Below the pieces are notes generated by a model that saw only the letters and a list, made by a program, of their open reading frames with translations, did not search any database and had not been told where the DNA came from. The position numbers and the translations under genes are program-made. This document shows, piece by piece, positions 46,138-56,398 of a stretch of 64,000 nt of DNA. Numbering within the stretch: the first letter of the stretch is position 1; each line of letters begins with the position of its first letter. This DNA is from Anaerohalosphaeraceae bacterium (GTDB lineage Bacteria > Planctomycetota > Phycisphaerae > Sedimentisphaerales > Anaerohalosphaeraceae), in contig JBNRMN010000020.1 in assembly GCA_050309605.1 (NCBI GenBank), positions 90,394 to 154,393 on the forward strand, given 5' to 3'.

Positions 46138-46193
46138 TACCTGACTCCTAAGTAAAAACGTGATATCATTTAGTTAATGGTTTTCGGCCTTTA

Positions 46194-48800
46194 TCAATAA
46201 CAATCCGGATAGATGTTGCAATCGGTCCAGTCTTGCGCCATTAAAGCGAAATCCGCCAAATTCACGACACAGTCGCCGTTGAAGTCATATCGCAAGGCCG
46301 GATCATCCGGATTCAGGCAGACGGTTTTGTCTTTTTCAAGCTCGATATACAGCCGCGCCACATCCAGCGGCTCCATCGGATAGCTGAAAACGCGAACATC
46401 GTCGATCAAGCCGTCAAATTCCCACTCACCGGCGATATTGGCAACGCCCAGCGTTACCGCAGCAGAATTGCCGTCCGTCGGCGTCAATTCCGCCGTGCCC
46501 ACCGACGTGCCGTCCAGATACAGCGTCATTGTGTTCGACTCGTTGTCAAAGGTCAACACCGCCAGATGCCAATCGCCGTCGTCCAGTCGCCCGGCCGGAT
46601 TGACATTGGTGCCGTCAATCCGCGTTTCCAGACCGGCACTGTAGTAAATGGCCGTATCATAAATCTGCCATCCGAACGAACCGCTTCGTTTGGCCATCAG
46701 TCCCATAAACCCGTCGGTTACCTCATAATCAGTCGGTTTATACCACAAACTGACGGTAAGCCCTTCCCGATAGAAGTTAAAGAACTCTTCGCTTCCGGGA
46801 ATCACCAGATAGTTGCCGTCGCCGCGGGTCAAACGCACCGCCTGTCCGTCCAGCCCCTCATCAAAAACAGGCTCGGGGTTATTGGGGTCGCCGACATGCA
46901 GCACGGCCGGCCAGTCGCCTTCCGGCAGGCCCGTCAGTTCGGCAACTTCGTCATTCAGATTGCCGTCGAATTTCCAGTGGGCAATCAGGCGATTGGACAG
47001 ATCCGTCGTAAAGCTCCAGACCGGCCCGGTTAAACGTTCGACGCCGTTGCTGATTTCTTCATCGACGCGCCAATAATAAGTTGAAAACTCTTCAAGCGTC
47101 TCGGTAATGACAATGCTTTCCTGCCCAACGGGCTGATAGCCTTTATAGACGGACGCATCGCCTGTCCCGACCGCATGTTTATCCTTGCCAAAGTAAATGT
47201 GATAACCGGTGATCGTCGGATCCGGCTGATAATTCGTGTCGGGATTGACGCCCTGCTGCCAGGACAGTGTCGGCGGCACGGAAATGGATACGCCCGTTTC
47301 GCCATTGTACGGATTGGGTCCCCAGGCGCTTCGCGGATCGCGCGGCAGATTGACGCGGACATTGTCAAAGTAGGCTCTGCCGGAGCCTTCGGCCCGTGTA
47401 AAGGCGATGAAAAGAGGATCGCCGGGCGTGTGCGCCGCTGCCGTATTCAGGATCACCGAATGATGTTCATGGCCGTTGTCCACATTCACACGAGGGAATG
47501 TATATTCGGCAACGAGGGCAGCGCCGACGCCGGACGGCATTGTCGCGTCGCCGGTGGCCTGATCCGGCGGCACGGTCCCGCCGGCCCACAAGGCCACCTT
47601 GGTACGTCCGTCGCTGAACCCGCTGCGTTTACCCACCGCAACACTGATGACATAATCCACATTCGGCGACCATTCACCGATCGGCTGCCAGTGCATCCCA
47701 TCTTCCACCACGCCCCAGACATTGCCGAAAGGCGTCGGGAACGGGCCTTCCTGATAGGCTGCGCCGTAATCAAACCAATCCGGCGTCGGGATCCAATACC
47801 GATCTTCTTTTTCAAAGCTTGGGTTCAATACCGTAATGCCCGGCGCATACAATTCCGGCTCAAGCGCCGAAGGATGAGCAATCGTTGAAAACGTCCAAAT
47901 CCTGCCGGGATAAACCACGGGGCTGCCGCCTTCATTCGGATCCACGGCATCGACACGCCAGTAATACGTCCGGTCGTAGAGCAGCGATACCTCGACGCTT
48001 TGGTCGGTAACCGTATCCAAAAACGCATCGGGATGCCCGTTTTCCACCATCGCCGCATTGGGGTCGATATACACATGATAGGCCGTCGTGTCGTACATAT
48101 CGGGGGCGGCCCATTCAAGCGTTACATCGACAGGCACATCTGTCTGGCCAAAGGCAGGGACAGGATCGTAGGCTACTGCCTCGCTGATGATCTGAAATCC
48201 CGCCACACTGCCGCGGAAATTGCCATCGTCGTCGGCATAACGGCTCAGGACCTTGATATCCAGCGTCTCTTCGGTCAATCCTCTGAACACCAGACAGTTC
48301 ACGCCTTCCTCCCAGCGTCGCATTGAACCCCAACGGGAGGTGGTTGGAATATTTTGAATTTGGCCGTTCACGTCCACATCGGTATAACCGGTTGCGTTAT
48401 CGGTGGCGTGATAAACAATAACGCGGTACTGCTCGTAAGGAATATTCGAAACGTGAATCACAACCCCATAAGGTTCCGTCGTTTGACCGTCGTCCAGATA
48501 ACCGCGCGACAATCGGTCATCGGCCGTAGTGAAACCGGCCGTCCCGTCGCCCCACATTCCGCTGGAAGAATAAGACAACGTCGCCCCCGTCGGCCGGGCG
48601 AATTCATCCACCAGCGCACCAGAGCCTGCATCTCCGATAAAATTGTTAAAATGGGCCGCTTCATAGCCTGTCAGACCGGCGAACTCTTCCGGCTGGATGA
48701 GTTGATCCTCCCTTTCTGCAAAGTTAACACTGATGACATTGGCGTGCAGCGTAAAGGCGATGCAGCCAAACAATAAGAGTACCCAAACGTTCTTCATCAT
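46194..48800 (-). CDS. secreted multidomain protein: N-terminal beta domain, two FN3-like, LamG, dockerin-like tail
   Basis: Signal peptide; two YYWRVD..WxFxT repeats; WHLAVLTFD..IDDVRVF; DFNGDCVVNLADF..WTDC. GGAGG RBS. Confidence 0.85.
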   Translation of the reverse strand: MMKNVWVLLLFGCIAFTLHANVISVNFAEREDQLIQPEEFAGLTGYEAAHFNNFIGDAGSGALVDEFARPTGATLSYSSSGMWGDGTAGFTTADDRLSRGYLDDGQTTEPYGVVIHVSNIPYEQYRVIVYHATDNATGYTDVDVNGQIQNIPTTSRWGSMRRWEEGVNCLVFRGLTEETLDIKVLSRYADDDGNFRGSVAGFQIISEAVAYDPVPAFGQTDVPVDVTLEWAAPDMYDTTAYHVYIDPNAAMVENGHPDAFLDTVTDQSVEVSLLYDRTYYWRVDAVDPNEGGSPVVYPGRIWTFSTIAHPSALEPELYAPGITVLNPSFEKEDRYWIPTPDWFDYGAAYQEGPFPTPFGNVWGVVEDGMHWQPIGEWSPNVDYVISVAVGKRSGFSDGRTKVALWAGGTVPPDQATGDATMPSGVGAALVAEYTFPRVNVDNGHEHHSVILNTAAAHTPGDPLFIAFTRAEGSGRAYFDNVRVNLPRDPRSAWGPNPYNGETGVSISVPPTLSWQQGVNPDTNYQPDPTITGYHIYFGKDKHAVGTGDASVYKGYQPVGQESIVITETLEEFSTYYWRVDEEISNGVERLTGPVWSFTTDLSNRLIAHWKFDGNLNDEVAELTGLPEGDWPAVLHVGDPNNPEPVFDEGLDGQAVRLTRGDGNYLVIPGSEEFFNFYREGLTVSLWYKPTDYEVTDGFMGLMAKRSGSFGWQIYDTAIYYSAGLETRIDGTNVNPAGRLDDGDWHLAVLTFDNESNTMTLYLDGTSVGTAELTPTDGNSAAVTLGVANIAGEWEFDGLIDDVRVFSYPMEPLDVARLYIELEKDKTVCLNPDDPALRYDFNGDCVVNLADFALMAQDWTDCNIYPDCY

Positions 48801-49241
48801 ACAGACCTCCAATAAAAGATGTGTTATGTTTTTATCTCTGAGACTGAAGTTTTTGTTGTATGCAAAAGGTGAGAACTGAGTGAATCAAACAGGGTGCGGA
48901 GACCGTGCGAGAGCTTGTAAAATACCGACACACACCTGGCTTCGCCATGAATGAATAGGGTATTCATATCACCTAATCCCCGTCAAAAAGTACCATAAGT
49001 ATTATACCATTTGAGGCGGCCTGTCGGAATGGAACAACGTAATTTAATGATGGAAATTCGTAACATAATCCGAAAATTACTATGGATTTGGTAACGACGG
49101 AAGGTCTGTCGGAGGACACATTTTGTTACTCTAAGAGACCTTGAATATCTCTTTTAGGAGCCATTCTCTTCCGTGTGCAGGTGCCCGGCATTGCGAAAAA
49201 CGCCCACGGCGCAGGACCACACAGGTCTGCATGTTCTGAAA

Positions 49242-50843
49242 CTACGGCAACAGGCTTCGTGCCAATTCTTCGCTGTCGCCGTACTGTTTTTGCAGACCCT
49301 GAAGCTGTTGTTTGAGCCGATGGACAAGGTCCGAATAATCAGGGTTACCGTAAAGGTTGTTCAGTTCATTTGGATCTTCGGCAAGGTCGTACAACTCCCA
49401 GGCATCCAGATCGTAATAAAAGTGAATCAGCTTATACCGAGGCGTTCGAATTCCATAATGCCGTTTGACCTGATGTTCAAACGGAAACTCATAGTAGTGG
49501 TAGTACATCGCCGTGCGCCAATCCGACGGGCTTTGACCGACAAGAATCGGCCGCAGGCTTTCACCCTGCATGTCGCCGGGGACCGTTCTTTCGGCCAGAT
49601 CGACAAACGTCGGGGCAAAATCCAGATTCAGCACCATTTTATCGGACACCGATCCGGCTTGAATGCGTGTGGGCCATCGCACCAGCAGAGGCATCCGCAG
49701 CGACGGCTCATACATAAAGCGTTTGTCATACCAGCCGTGATCGCCGAGGAAAAAGCCCTGATCGGACGTATAGACCACCACCGTATTTTCAGCCAAACCG
49801 CTCTTGTCCAGATAATCAAGAATACGGCCCACGCCCTCATCAACAGCCTCGACTGTGCCGAGATAATCGTGCATATAACGCTGATATTTCCAGCGGACAA
49901 CGTCGTCATCGCTGAGCTGGCCGGCTTTCATTTGCTCGATGAAGGCCTGATTTTCCGGCTCATAATAGGCGTCCCATTGGGCCTTCTGCGGCGGTGTCAT
50001 ACGGGCGTATTCGCCGTTGGGAATACCTGAACGAAAATATTCCGGAAACTGATTCGGCCCGTTAAATTTCATATCGTGCCCCCAGTAGAAATGGTCGCGA
50101 ATCGACATCTCGCTTTGCGGCGAGGCTTTTGAGCGTGAGGTATGATCGGCAAAGAGGGTCGGCGGCTCCGGAATCGTGCCCAGCTTGTATTTGCCGAAAT
50201 GACGCGGATGCGGCGACCAGTTGCGATGCGGGGCCTTGTGATGACACATGACCATAAAAGGCTTGTCCGGCTGCCGCCGCTTGTCCAGCCAATTCAGGGT
50301 CAAATCGGTAATGATATCCGTGCAATACCCCTGATAACGGTTTCTGGAGCCGTCCATTTGCAGAAAATCGGGATTATAATATGATCCCTGTCCCGGCAGG
50401 ATTTCCCAATGATCAAAACCGGTCGGTGTGCTGCCCAGATGCCACTTGCCGATCATGGCCGTCTGGTAGCCGGCCTGCTGAAGCAGTTTGGGAAACGTCT
50501 GCTGACCGCCGTCAAAACGACGGCTGTTATTGATCTGGCCGTTGATATGACTGTATTTGCCCGTCAGAATAACGGCTCGACTGGGGGCGCATATCGAGTT
50601 CGTACAAAAACAATTATTGAACCGCATTCCCTCGTCAGCCAGGCGATCCAGGTGCGGCGTCTGATTAACGACACTGCCGTAGCAGCTCAGCGCATGAGCG
50701 GCATGGTCATCCGTCATAATGAATAGAATGTTGGGACGTGTTCGGACATCGGCATAGTGCCGCTGCCCGTTCAGGCAGCCTGTCAAAAGGGAAGCAGTAA
50801 ACACCCCGCCAGCGTGCAAAAAATCGCGTCGATTGAACATCAT
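49242..50843 (-). CDS. formylglycine-dependent sulfatase (GlcNAc-6-sulfatase-like), Tat-exported
   Basis: NRRDFL Tat motif; [25 protein letters not shown]. Confidence 0.93.
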   Translation of the reverse strand: MMFNRRDFLHAGGVFTASLLTGCLNGQRHYADVRTRPNILFIMTDDHAAHALSCYGSVVNQTPHLDRLADEGMRFNNCFCTNSICAPSRAVILTGKYSHINGQINNSRRFDGGQQTFPKLLQQAGYQTAMIGKWHLGSTPTGFDHWEILPGQGSYYNPDFLQMDGSRNRYQGYCTDIITDLTLNWLDKRRQPDKPFMVMCHHKAPHRNWSPHPRHFGKYKLGTIPEPPTLFADHTSRSKASPQSEMSIRDHFYWGHDMKFNGPNQFPEYFRSGIPNGEYARMTPPQKAQWDAYYEPENQAFIEQMKAGQLSDDDVVRWKYQRYMHDYLGTVEAVDEGVGRILDYLDKSGLAENTVVVYTSDQGFFLGDHGWYDKRFMYEPSLRMPLLVRWPTRIQAGSVSDKMVLNLDFAPTFVDLAERTVPGDMQGESLRPILVGQSPSDWRTAMYYHYYEFPFEHQVKRHYGIRTPRYKLIHFYYDLDAWELYDLAEDPNELNNLYGNPDYSDLVHRLKQQLQGLQKQYGDSEELARSLLP

Positions 50844-50883
50844 TCTCTCCTATTCGATTTATTCTTATTCGAGTCCCCTTTTT

Positions 50884-51675
50884 TCACTCCCCTCGGCGGC
50901 TGAAGGGAAAATGATCGTCAATTTCCGCATTGGCTAACTCGACGAGAAAAGCACTGATCCGATCACAGACAAGATTTAAAAAGCGACGTCCCTTTTCCGG
51001 CGTGGGGGCAGCATCGGAACTAACGGCACAATGGTCGTTCAATTTCGAAAAATCCCGGCTGGTGGTCAGCCAGCCCTTATTGAGTGCGTCAAAGCGATAC
51101 GGCGGCACAGTACCCGGACCGGCCTTGTCGGAATCCACCACCTCAGGGCAAATCGCCAGAGCGACGGAGGTTTCCATCGCGCCGCCATGGTCATCATTTT
51201 TCCCAAACATGTCTTCAAACACATCAGCCCCCACATTCCACCAATTACAATTAAACACAAAAATATCCATTTCATACTGAAGCTGACGGATCAGCGGTTT
51301 GAACTCATTGCCGCCGTGGCCGTTGAGAAGGACAAACTTGCGAAGGCCGTGCCGGCGCAGCGATTGAAGAATTTCTTTGACATAGGCATCCAGTGTCGCT
51401 TGGGAGACATGCACGGTCAGAGGGAAGGCCATCAGGTTGGAATCTACGCCAAAGGGAACAGCCGGCAGACAGAGGACCGATTGACATGTTTCCCACGCTC
51501 GTCGGCAGCACTGCTGCGCCACATATTCAGTGTGGATGACGTCCATCCCTTCCGGCAACTGGTGATTATGCGCTTCGACGGCGCCGACCGGCAGCACAGC
51601 CACTTCGTAATGCGATTTTCTCAACGCAGCGAGAGTCGTTCGTTTAAGATCCCAGCGGATGTCATCTTTGGACAT
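50884..51675 (-). CDS. creatininase-family amidohydrolase
   Basis: LPVGAVEAH..LP..D, LNGHGGN, DHGGAMETS. Confidence 0.88.
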   Translation of the reverse strand: MSKDDIRWDLKRTTLAALRKSHYEVAVLPVGAVEAHNHQLPEGMDVIHTEYVAQQCCRRAWETCQSVLCLPAVPFGVDSNLMAFPLTVHVSQATLDAYVKEILQSLRRHGLRKFVLLNGHGGNEFKPLIRQLQYEMDIFVFNCNWWNVGADVFEDMFGKNDDHGGAMETSVALAICPEVVDSDKAGPGTVPPYRFDALNKGWLTTSRDFSKLNDHCAVSSDAAPTPEKGRRFLNLVCDRISAFLVELANAEIDDHFPFSRRGE

Positions 51676-53683
51676 TTTCGTCGCTTCCTATAATCTCGTC
51701 AATGTGTACTTTTTCAAAGACCAGCAGTGCCGTCGCGCCGCCTTCGTACAGAATCCCGACGGACTGGTCGTCAATCTGCGTCAGACAGGAATAGCCCGCA
51801 CTGGCCGGCTCATGCAGCAGTTTATGATAACGCGGCGGCCAGGTCAGCCCCTCATCCAGACTGGCCTTGAGGGTGAGATTGCGCCGCGGGCCGGAGGATA
51901 CCGCCGGATTGGAAAACAGCAGGATATCGCCCGGATCGCTTTGCTTTCTTGAAAAGCGAATCAGGCTGGCCATACAAACCGGCTCAGGCAACGCACTTCG
52001 GCTGCTGGGATGCACTTGCCAGGTCGTGCCCAGATCGCCGGTTGTATAGACGGAACGGCTGCCGCCGCGGTTGTCCCGCATATTGAGCATCAGCGAGCCG
52101 TCGGACAATTCGGCCACCTGGGCCTCGGTCGTGTTGGGTTTGGCGCCGGTACCGATGGCCCAGCGTCGGCCACGGTCTTGACTGTAGATGATCGTCGAGT
52201 GCGGCATATTGTGCTCATCCTTGAATTGAGCGGGAAAGACCAGCGTGCCGTCGCGCATGGTGATGCCGTTGCCCGGCCCGTTGAACACCAGACGCCACTT
52301 GGGATCTTTGATTTGTTCGGTAATATTGATGGGCTGCGACCAGGTTACGCCGTCGTCGGTGCTTTTGGTCAAGACGAACTGTCCGGTCTCATCCGGCGTC
52401 ATTCCCGGACCGGAGCCGTGCCAGGCGCGGTTGCCCTTGCTCCACAGCGCTGCAACCCAAATGGTGCCGGTTACTTGGTCAACCAGCACAGACGGGTCGC
52501 CGACGCCGTTTTGGTTATGCGGCGGCCCCATATCGAGGATAATTTTCATCGGCTCCCAGGTTTGCCCGCCGTCGGTGCTGCGGCTCATGCCCACATCAAT
52601 ATCGCCGGGCAGATCGCCCATCCCGTGGCGGCGGATATCATAAACGGCAATGAGCGTTCCCCTGTTGGTCGTCGCCAGGCCGGGAATGCGATAGGCCGGC
52701 ACGCCGTCGTCGCCCGCGTCGCGCAAATTGTACCCGATTCGCCGAACGATTGGCTCCGACAGCGCCGCTGCTTCGTCGCCGTTATCGAACCGAACTCGGA
52801 CATCGCTGATGGCCGCCCGGTGCAGCAAGTCGGCTGACGGCCGGAGCGTATAGGATACCCAGAAATAATTCGCCCCTTCCACAAGCTCCTGATCGCCGCT
52901 GACAATGACGTGCCCTCCCCCCTTGGCGGACGTCGAAAACGGCTGGTCGGTCGAGAAACGATTCTCATTACCGGTATAAAAAACATCAATCGAAGCGATG
53001 TCATCCGGATTCGTCGTTGGCTTCGTCGAAAAATCAATCTGTTTGACCGATCGCGGCTCCAGACTGCCGACGACATCAATTTGAATAGCCAGCAGCGGAT
53101 TGTGGGGTTTTCGTATCAGAACGGGAGCGACCGGTGACAGGGTTGTAACCTGTTCAATGCGCGCCGGAATCGGCTGATGGAAGACGACATCGTCAATCAG
53201 GATGCCCGTCTCTTCCGGTGACGCACATACAAAACGGAATTTTAGAACGGGCTGCGGCGGCAGTGCAATCTTGACGTGGCTTAAAAAACGCAATCCGACT
53301 TGGATTGCATCATCACCGTTGTAAAGCTCCCGCCATCCCTGCTCAGTTTGGGCGTAGATGCGAAACTGAAACGGCTCACGCGCCGTCCACCGCTCGGCCC
53401 AAAAAGACAAATGCGAGACCGTTTTTCCGCCAAACGCCGGCATCAGTTCAAGTACCGTTCGCGTCCCGCCGAACAGACGAAGCGATTGACGTCCGCTTTT
53501 AGCATAAGCGGCCGTGATCTCCGTCTTGCCGTTGGTTGTATGCCACCGCCCGGCCTCATTATGCAACTCGGAAAAAAAGCCGCGCGGATCATTTTCAAAC
53601 GATGTGGCCAAAAGGCCGTCGCCCTGCGCTTGAACGACGACGGCAAGAGCGAATACCATACCTGTAAACACGGACTTATTCAT
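51662..53683 (-). CDS. exo-alpha-sialidase (GH33)
   Basis: YRIP motif; five Asp-boxes (STDGGQTW, STDDGVTW, SQDRGRRW, TGDLGTTW, SLDEGLTW); GYSCL. Signal peptide from ATG 53683. Confidence 0.93.
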   Translation of the reverse strand: MNKSVFTGMVFALAVVVQAQGDGLLATSFENDPRGFFSELHNEAGRWHTTNGKTEITAAYAKSGRQSLRLFGGTRTVLELMPAFGGKTVSHLSFWAERWTAREPFQFRIYAQTEQGWRELYNGDDAIQVGLRFLSHVKIALPPQPVLKFRFVCASPEETGILIDDVVFHQPIPARIEQVTTLSPVAPVLIRKPHNPLLAIQIDVVGSLEPRSVKQIDFSTKPTTNPDDIASIDVFYTGNENRFSTDQPFSTSAKGGGHVIVSGDQELVEGANYFWVSYTLRPSADLLHRAAISDVRVRFDNGDEAAALSEPIVRRIGYNLRDAGDDGVPAYRIPGLATTNRGTLIAVYDIRRHGMGDLPGDIDVGMSRSTDGGQTWEPMKIILDMGPPHNQNGVGDPSVLVDQVTGTIWVAALWSKGNRAWHGSGPGMTPDETGQFVLTKSTDDGVTWSQPINITEQIKDPKWRLVFNGPGNGITMRDGTLVFPAQFKDEHNMPHSTIIYSQDRGRRWAIGTGAKPNTTEAQVAELSDGSLMLNMRDNRGGSRSVYTTGDLGTTWQVHPSSRSALPEPVCMASLIRFSRKQSDPGDILLFSNPAVSSGPRRNLTLKASLDEGLTWPPRYHKLLHEPASAGYSCLTQIDDQSVGILYEGGATALLVFEKVHIDEIIGSDENVQR

Positions 53684-53724
53684 CGATTTCTCCAATTTCG
53701 TTTTAACAGTTACACCTACCGGCT

Positions 53725-56364
53725 TCACTCTTGAGCGGCCGGATTCGATTTTAACGTGTGGATGGTCAACCCCTCGACCGATTCGGCCCGCGGGGCGGCA
53801 AAGAACAGACTGCTGATATAGCCGGCCGCCACACAGAAGACCACACCAACCGTCGCATACAGCAAAAAATGAACCTGCGTATGGCCCTGGACCCAATATA
53901 AACCGGCCGCACCGCCAATCGCACCGATCACCGCACCGATCCCATTGGTTCGCACAGTAAAAATACCCAGACAAAACAGCCCGCACATCGCCCCGCCAAC
54001 CAGTCCCAGGATCGTCATAAACATATCCCAGGCCGACTTCACATCCGAGACGATAAACAGGACCGCCAGCGCTGTCCCCAGACAGCCCAGCCCGGCGGTA
54101 ATCACTCGGGCCAGCAGCAAATAACGCGTCTCCGATTGGATCCAATTGAACGGCCGCACGAAATCGGTGACCAGTGCCGCTGAACAACTGTTCATACTGG
54201 TCGAGATCGTCGATTGTGCGGCGGCAAAGATACCGGCAACCAGCAGCCCCCCGATTCCCATCGGCAATTCACGAGCAATGAACAGGGTAAAAATCGCATC
54301 ATTTCGAAACGTCGGATCCAGCCGCTCCGGATGGCTCTTATAAAACACAAACAATGCGGTACCCACTGCAAAAAACAAAATGGTCGTCGGCACCACCGCA
54401 ATGGCATTCGTCCAGATGGAACGGCGGGCACGCTCGATAGTCGAGACGGACATATATCGCTGCACCACCGCCATGTCGGACGAATACGGAACCAGGCTTT
54501 GCCCGATACCGCCCAGCAACACCACCCACAATGCCGCGGTGGTAATACTCGATGCGGAAAAATCCCAGTTAATCAGATGAAACTTGTGCTCGGCAGCGGC
54601 CAACGTAACAAAGCTGTCGAAGCCGCCCTCCAGCCGGGTCAAAATCAGCCCCAATGTCAAAATCGCCCCGCCGAGCATTACAAAACTCTGGATGGTATCC
54701 GTCCAGACCACACCCTCCAGACCGCCCAGCGTACAATAGACAATGCTCAACACACCCATCATCAGGATACATTGAATCTCGGTCAGCGGCGTTATCGCCG
54801 CCAGTGCCAAGGCCGGCAGATACAACACCACCGCCATTCGCCCGATCTGAAACAGAATAAACGAGGCACTGGCAAACAGTCGCACGAACCGATTAAATCG
54901 CTTTTCCAGATATTCATAGGCGCTGGTGGCGTCAATTTTTCGGAAAAACGGCAGGAAATACAAAATCACAAACGGCGTGACCGCCACGACCATCATATTG
55001 ACCAGAAAGAAGACCCAGTCGGTCATATAGGCCTTGGCCGGAATCGCCAGAAACGTAATCGAGCTGAGCATCGTGGCAAAAATACTCAGGCCCGCCACAA
55101 ACCACGGCACCCGCTGGCCGCCGCGAAAGAAATCGTCGGAACTTTTGTTTCGAAAGGCAAAAAACACCCCCACGCCGATCATCAACAGCAGATACAGGCC
55201 AATGACGGAAAAATCCACCGCGCCAAACGCCTTGCGCTGCTGACAGGGCACAATCGACCAGATCTTCGGCGTGCGCACACGGGGACGCATCTCACCGGCG
55301 GCAAGGAGGATCGGACTGTTGACGGCATCGCCCCATCGAACCGCATGGGTCGTGACCTGATTGGCCGGTATCGGGCCGGCGTCAATCCAGGTATTGGTAA
55401 TGGTATGATAGGCCAGCGCCCGTTTGGGAAAACCGGGGTGAGCGTCTTTCAGTTCTTCAGCCCTGCCCCACAGTGAGCCGTCATCGCCGCTGAGCACAAA
55501 CAGATGGCTTTGGCCGACATCCACCGCCGTGCCGGCCATGACCGAGCGCGGAAGCTCGGCACGTTTTCGCCACGGCTCAGCCTTGCCGGACGCATAAGCC
55601 GTGGGCGAAAATTCATAAACATCGGTCAGAAACTCAACACGGCCATCCTCGCTATCGCTCATGCGTCGTCCGCTCATGACATACACGCCGTATTCGTGTC
55701 CATTGTGCTGCGCTGCGGCCAGATTGAGCGCCCGACTTGGTCCCGGCCATGACGGCAGGGTCTTCCATTCAAGGACGTCGGGGGTGTCTAAGGCCGACAG
55801 ATCCAGCGACCAGAAATTGGCCATGGCCGTATGCAGGTCTTCCTCGCTCATCCCGCCGGCCAGATAGACTTGTTCGCCGATCCGGGCCGCGGCCGAATAG
55901 GCGCAGGGCCTCGGTAACGAAGGAAGCTGACGGTGGTGGATTGTCTTCTCAACAGGGTCCCAGCTTAACAGGAAGACATCATCATAGATCTGTTCGGCGT
56001 CATTGCCGCCCATACAAAGCACACCGTAGGGGGTCGAAACCACGGCGCCATATCCCAGCGGCCGGGGCAGTGAAAAGCCTTCGTGCCATTGCCACTGGTT
56101 GCCATCTTGACTCAACACATAGATATCATCGTACCACTGCTTGTCGTTTTCCCATACGGGTTCGGGGAAATTGGTGCCGCCGGCAACGATCAGCGCATTG
56201 TTATGGACACCGACAAACACCCCTGATCGTCCCAACGGATCCGGAAGATCGGCAAGCAGCGACCATTCAAGCATCGCTTTTTCGGAAAATGCCTCCGCCG
56301 AGACGGCAACCATTGAGATCGCCGCCATCATCACAGCACAAACATATTGACCCTTTTTTTTCAT
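53725..56364 (-). CDS. fusion of a Kelch-repeat (NanM-like mutarotase) domain and a sodium:solute symporter (SiaT-like)
   Basis: Signal peptide and Kelch GG repeats (IVAGGTNFP, VLCMGG, VYLAGG), then an SSS domain (GLSIFATMLSSITF, SAYEYLEKRF, VVWTDTIQ, VVQRY). Confidence 0.9.
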   Translation of the reverse strand: MKKKGQYVCAVMMAAISMVAVSAEAFSEKAMLEWSLLADLPDPLGRSGVFVGVHNNALIVAGGTNFPEPVWENDKQWYDDIYVLSQDGNQWQWHEGFSLPRPLGYGAVVSTPYGVLCMGGNDAEQIYDDVFLLSWDPVEKTIHHRQLPSLPRPCAYSAAARIGEQVYLAGGMSEEDLHTAMANFWSLDLSALDTPDVLEWKTLPSWPGPSRALNLAAAQHNGHEYGVYVMSGRRMSDSEDGRVEFLTDVYEFSPTAYASGKAEPWRKRAELPRSVMAGTAVDVGQSHLFVLSGDDGSLWGRAEELKDAHPGFPKRALAYHTITNTWIDAGPIPANQVTTHAVRWGDAVNSPILLAAGEMRPRVRTPKIWSIVPCQQRKAFGAVDFSVIGLYLLLMIGVGVFFAFRNKSSDDFFRGGQRVPWFVAGLSIFATMLSSITFLAIPAKAYMTDWVFFLVNMMVVAVTPFVILYFLPFFRKIDATSAYEYLEKRFNRFVRLFASASFILFQIGRMAVVLYLPALALAAITPLTEIQCILMMGVLSIVYCTLGGLEGVVWTDTIQSFVMLGGAILTLGLILTRLEGGFDSFVTLAAAEHKFHLINWDFSASSITTAALWVVLLGGIGQSLVPYSSDMAVVQRYMSVSTIERARRSIWTNAIAVVPTTILFFAVGTALFVFYKSHPERLDPTFRNDAIFTLFIARELPMGIGGLLVAGIFAAAQSTISTSMNSCSAALVTDFVRPFNWIQSETRYLLLARVITAGLGCLGTALAVLFIVSDVKSAWDMFMTILGLVGGAMCGLFCLGIFTVRTNGIGAVIGAIGGAAGLYWVQGHTQVHFLLYATVGVVFCVAAGYISSLFFAAPRAESVEGLTIHTLKSNPAAQE

Positions 56365-56398
56365 ACATCCATACTTTCTGATCCTGGGGTAAACGGCA

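Noticed and set aside
48813..49240. AT-rich intergenic region as a possible riboswitch or ncRNA
   Set aside because: No recognisable RNA family motif or convincing stem set by eye; an Rfam/Infernal scan would be needed.
53684..54187. N-terminal 168 aa of the 841-aa sialidase ORF
   Set aside because: Overlaps the transporter in another frame; the signal peptide begins at ATG 53683.
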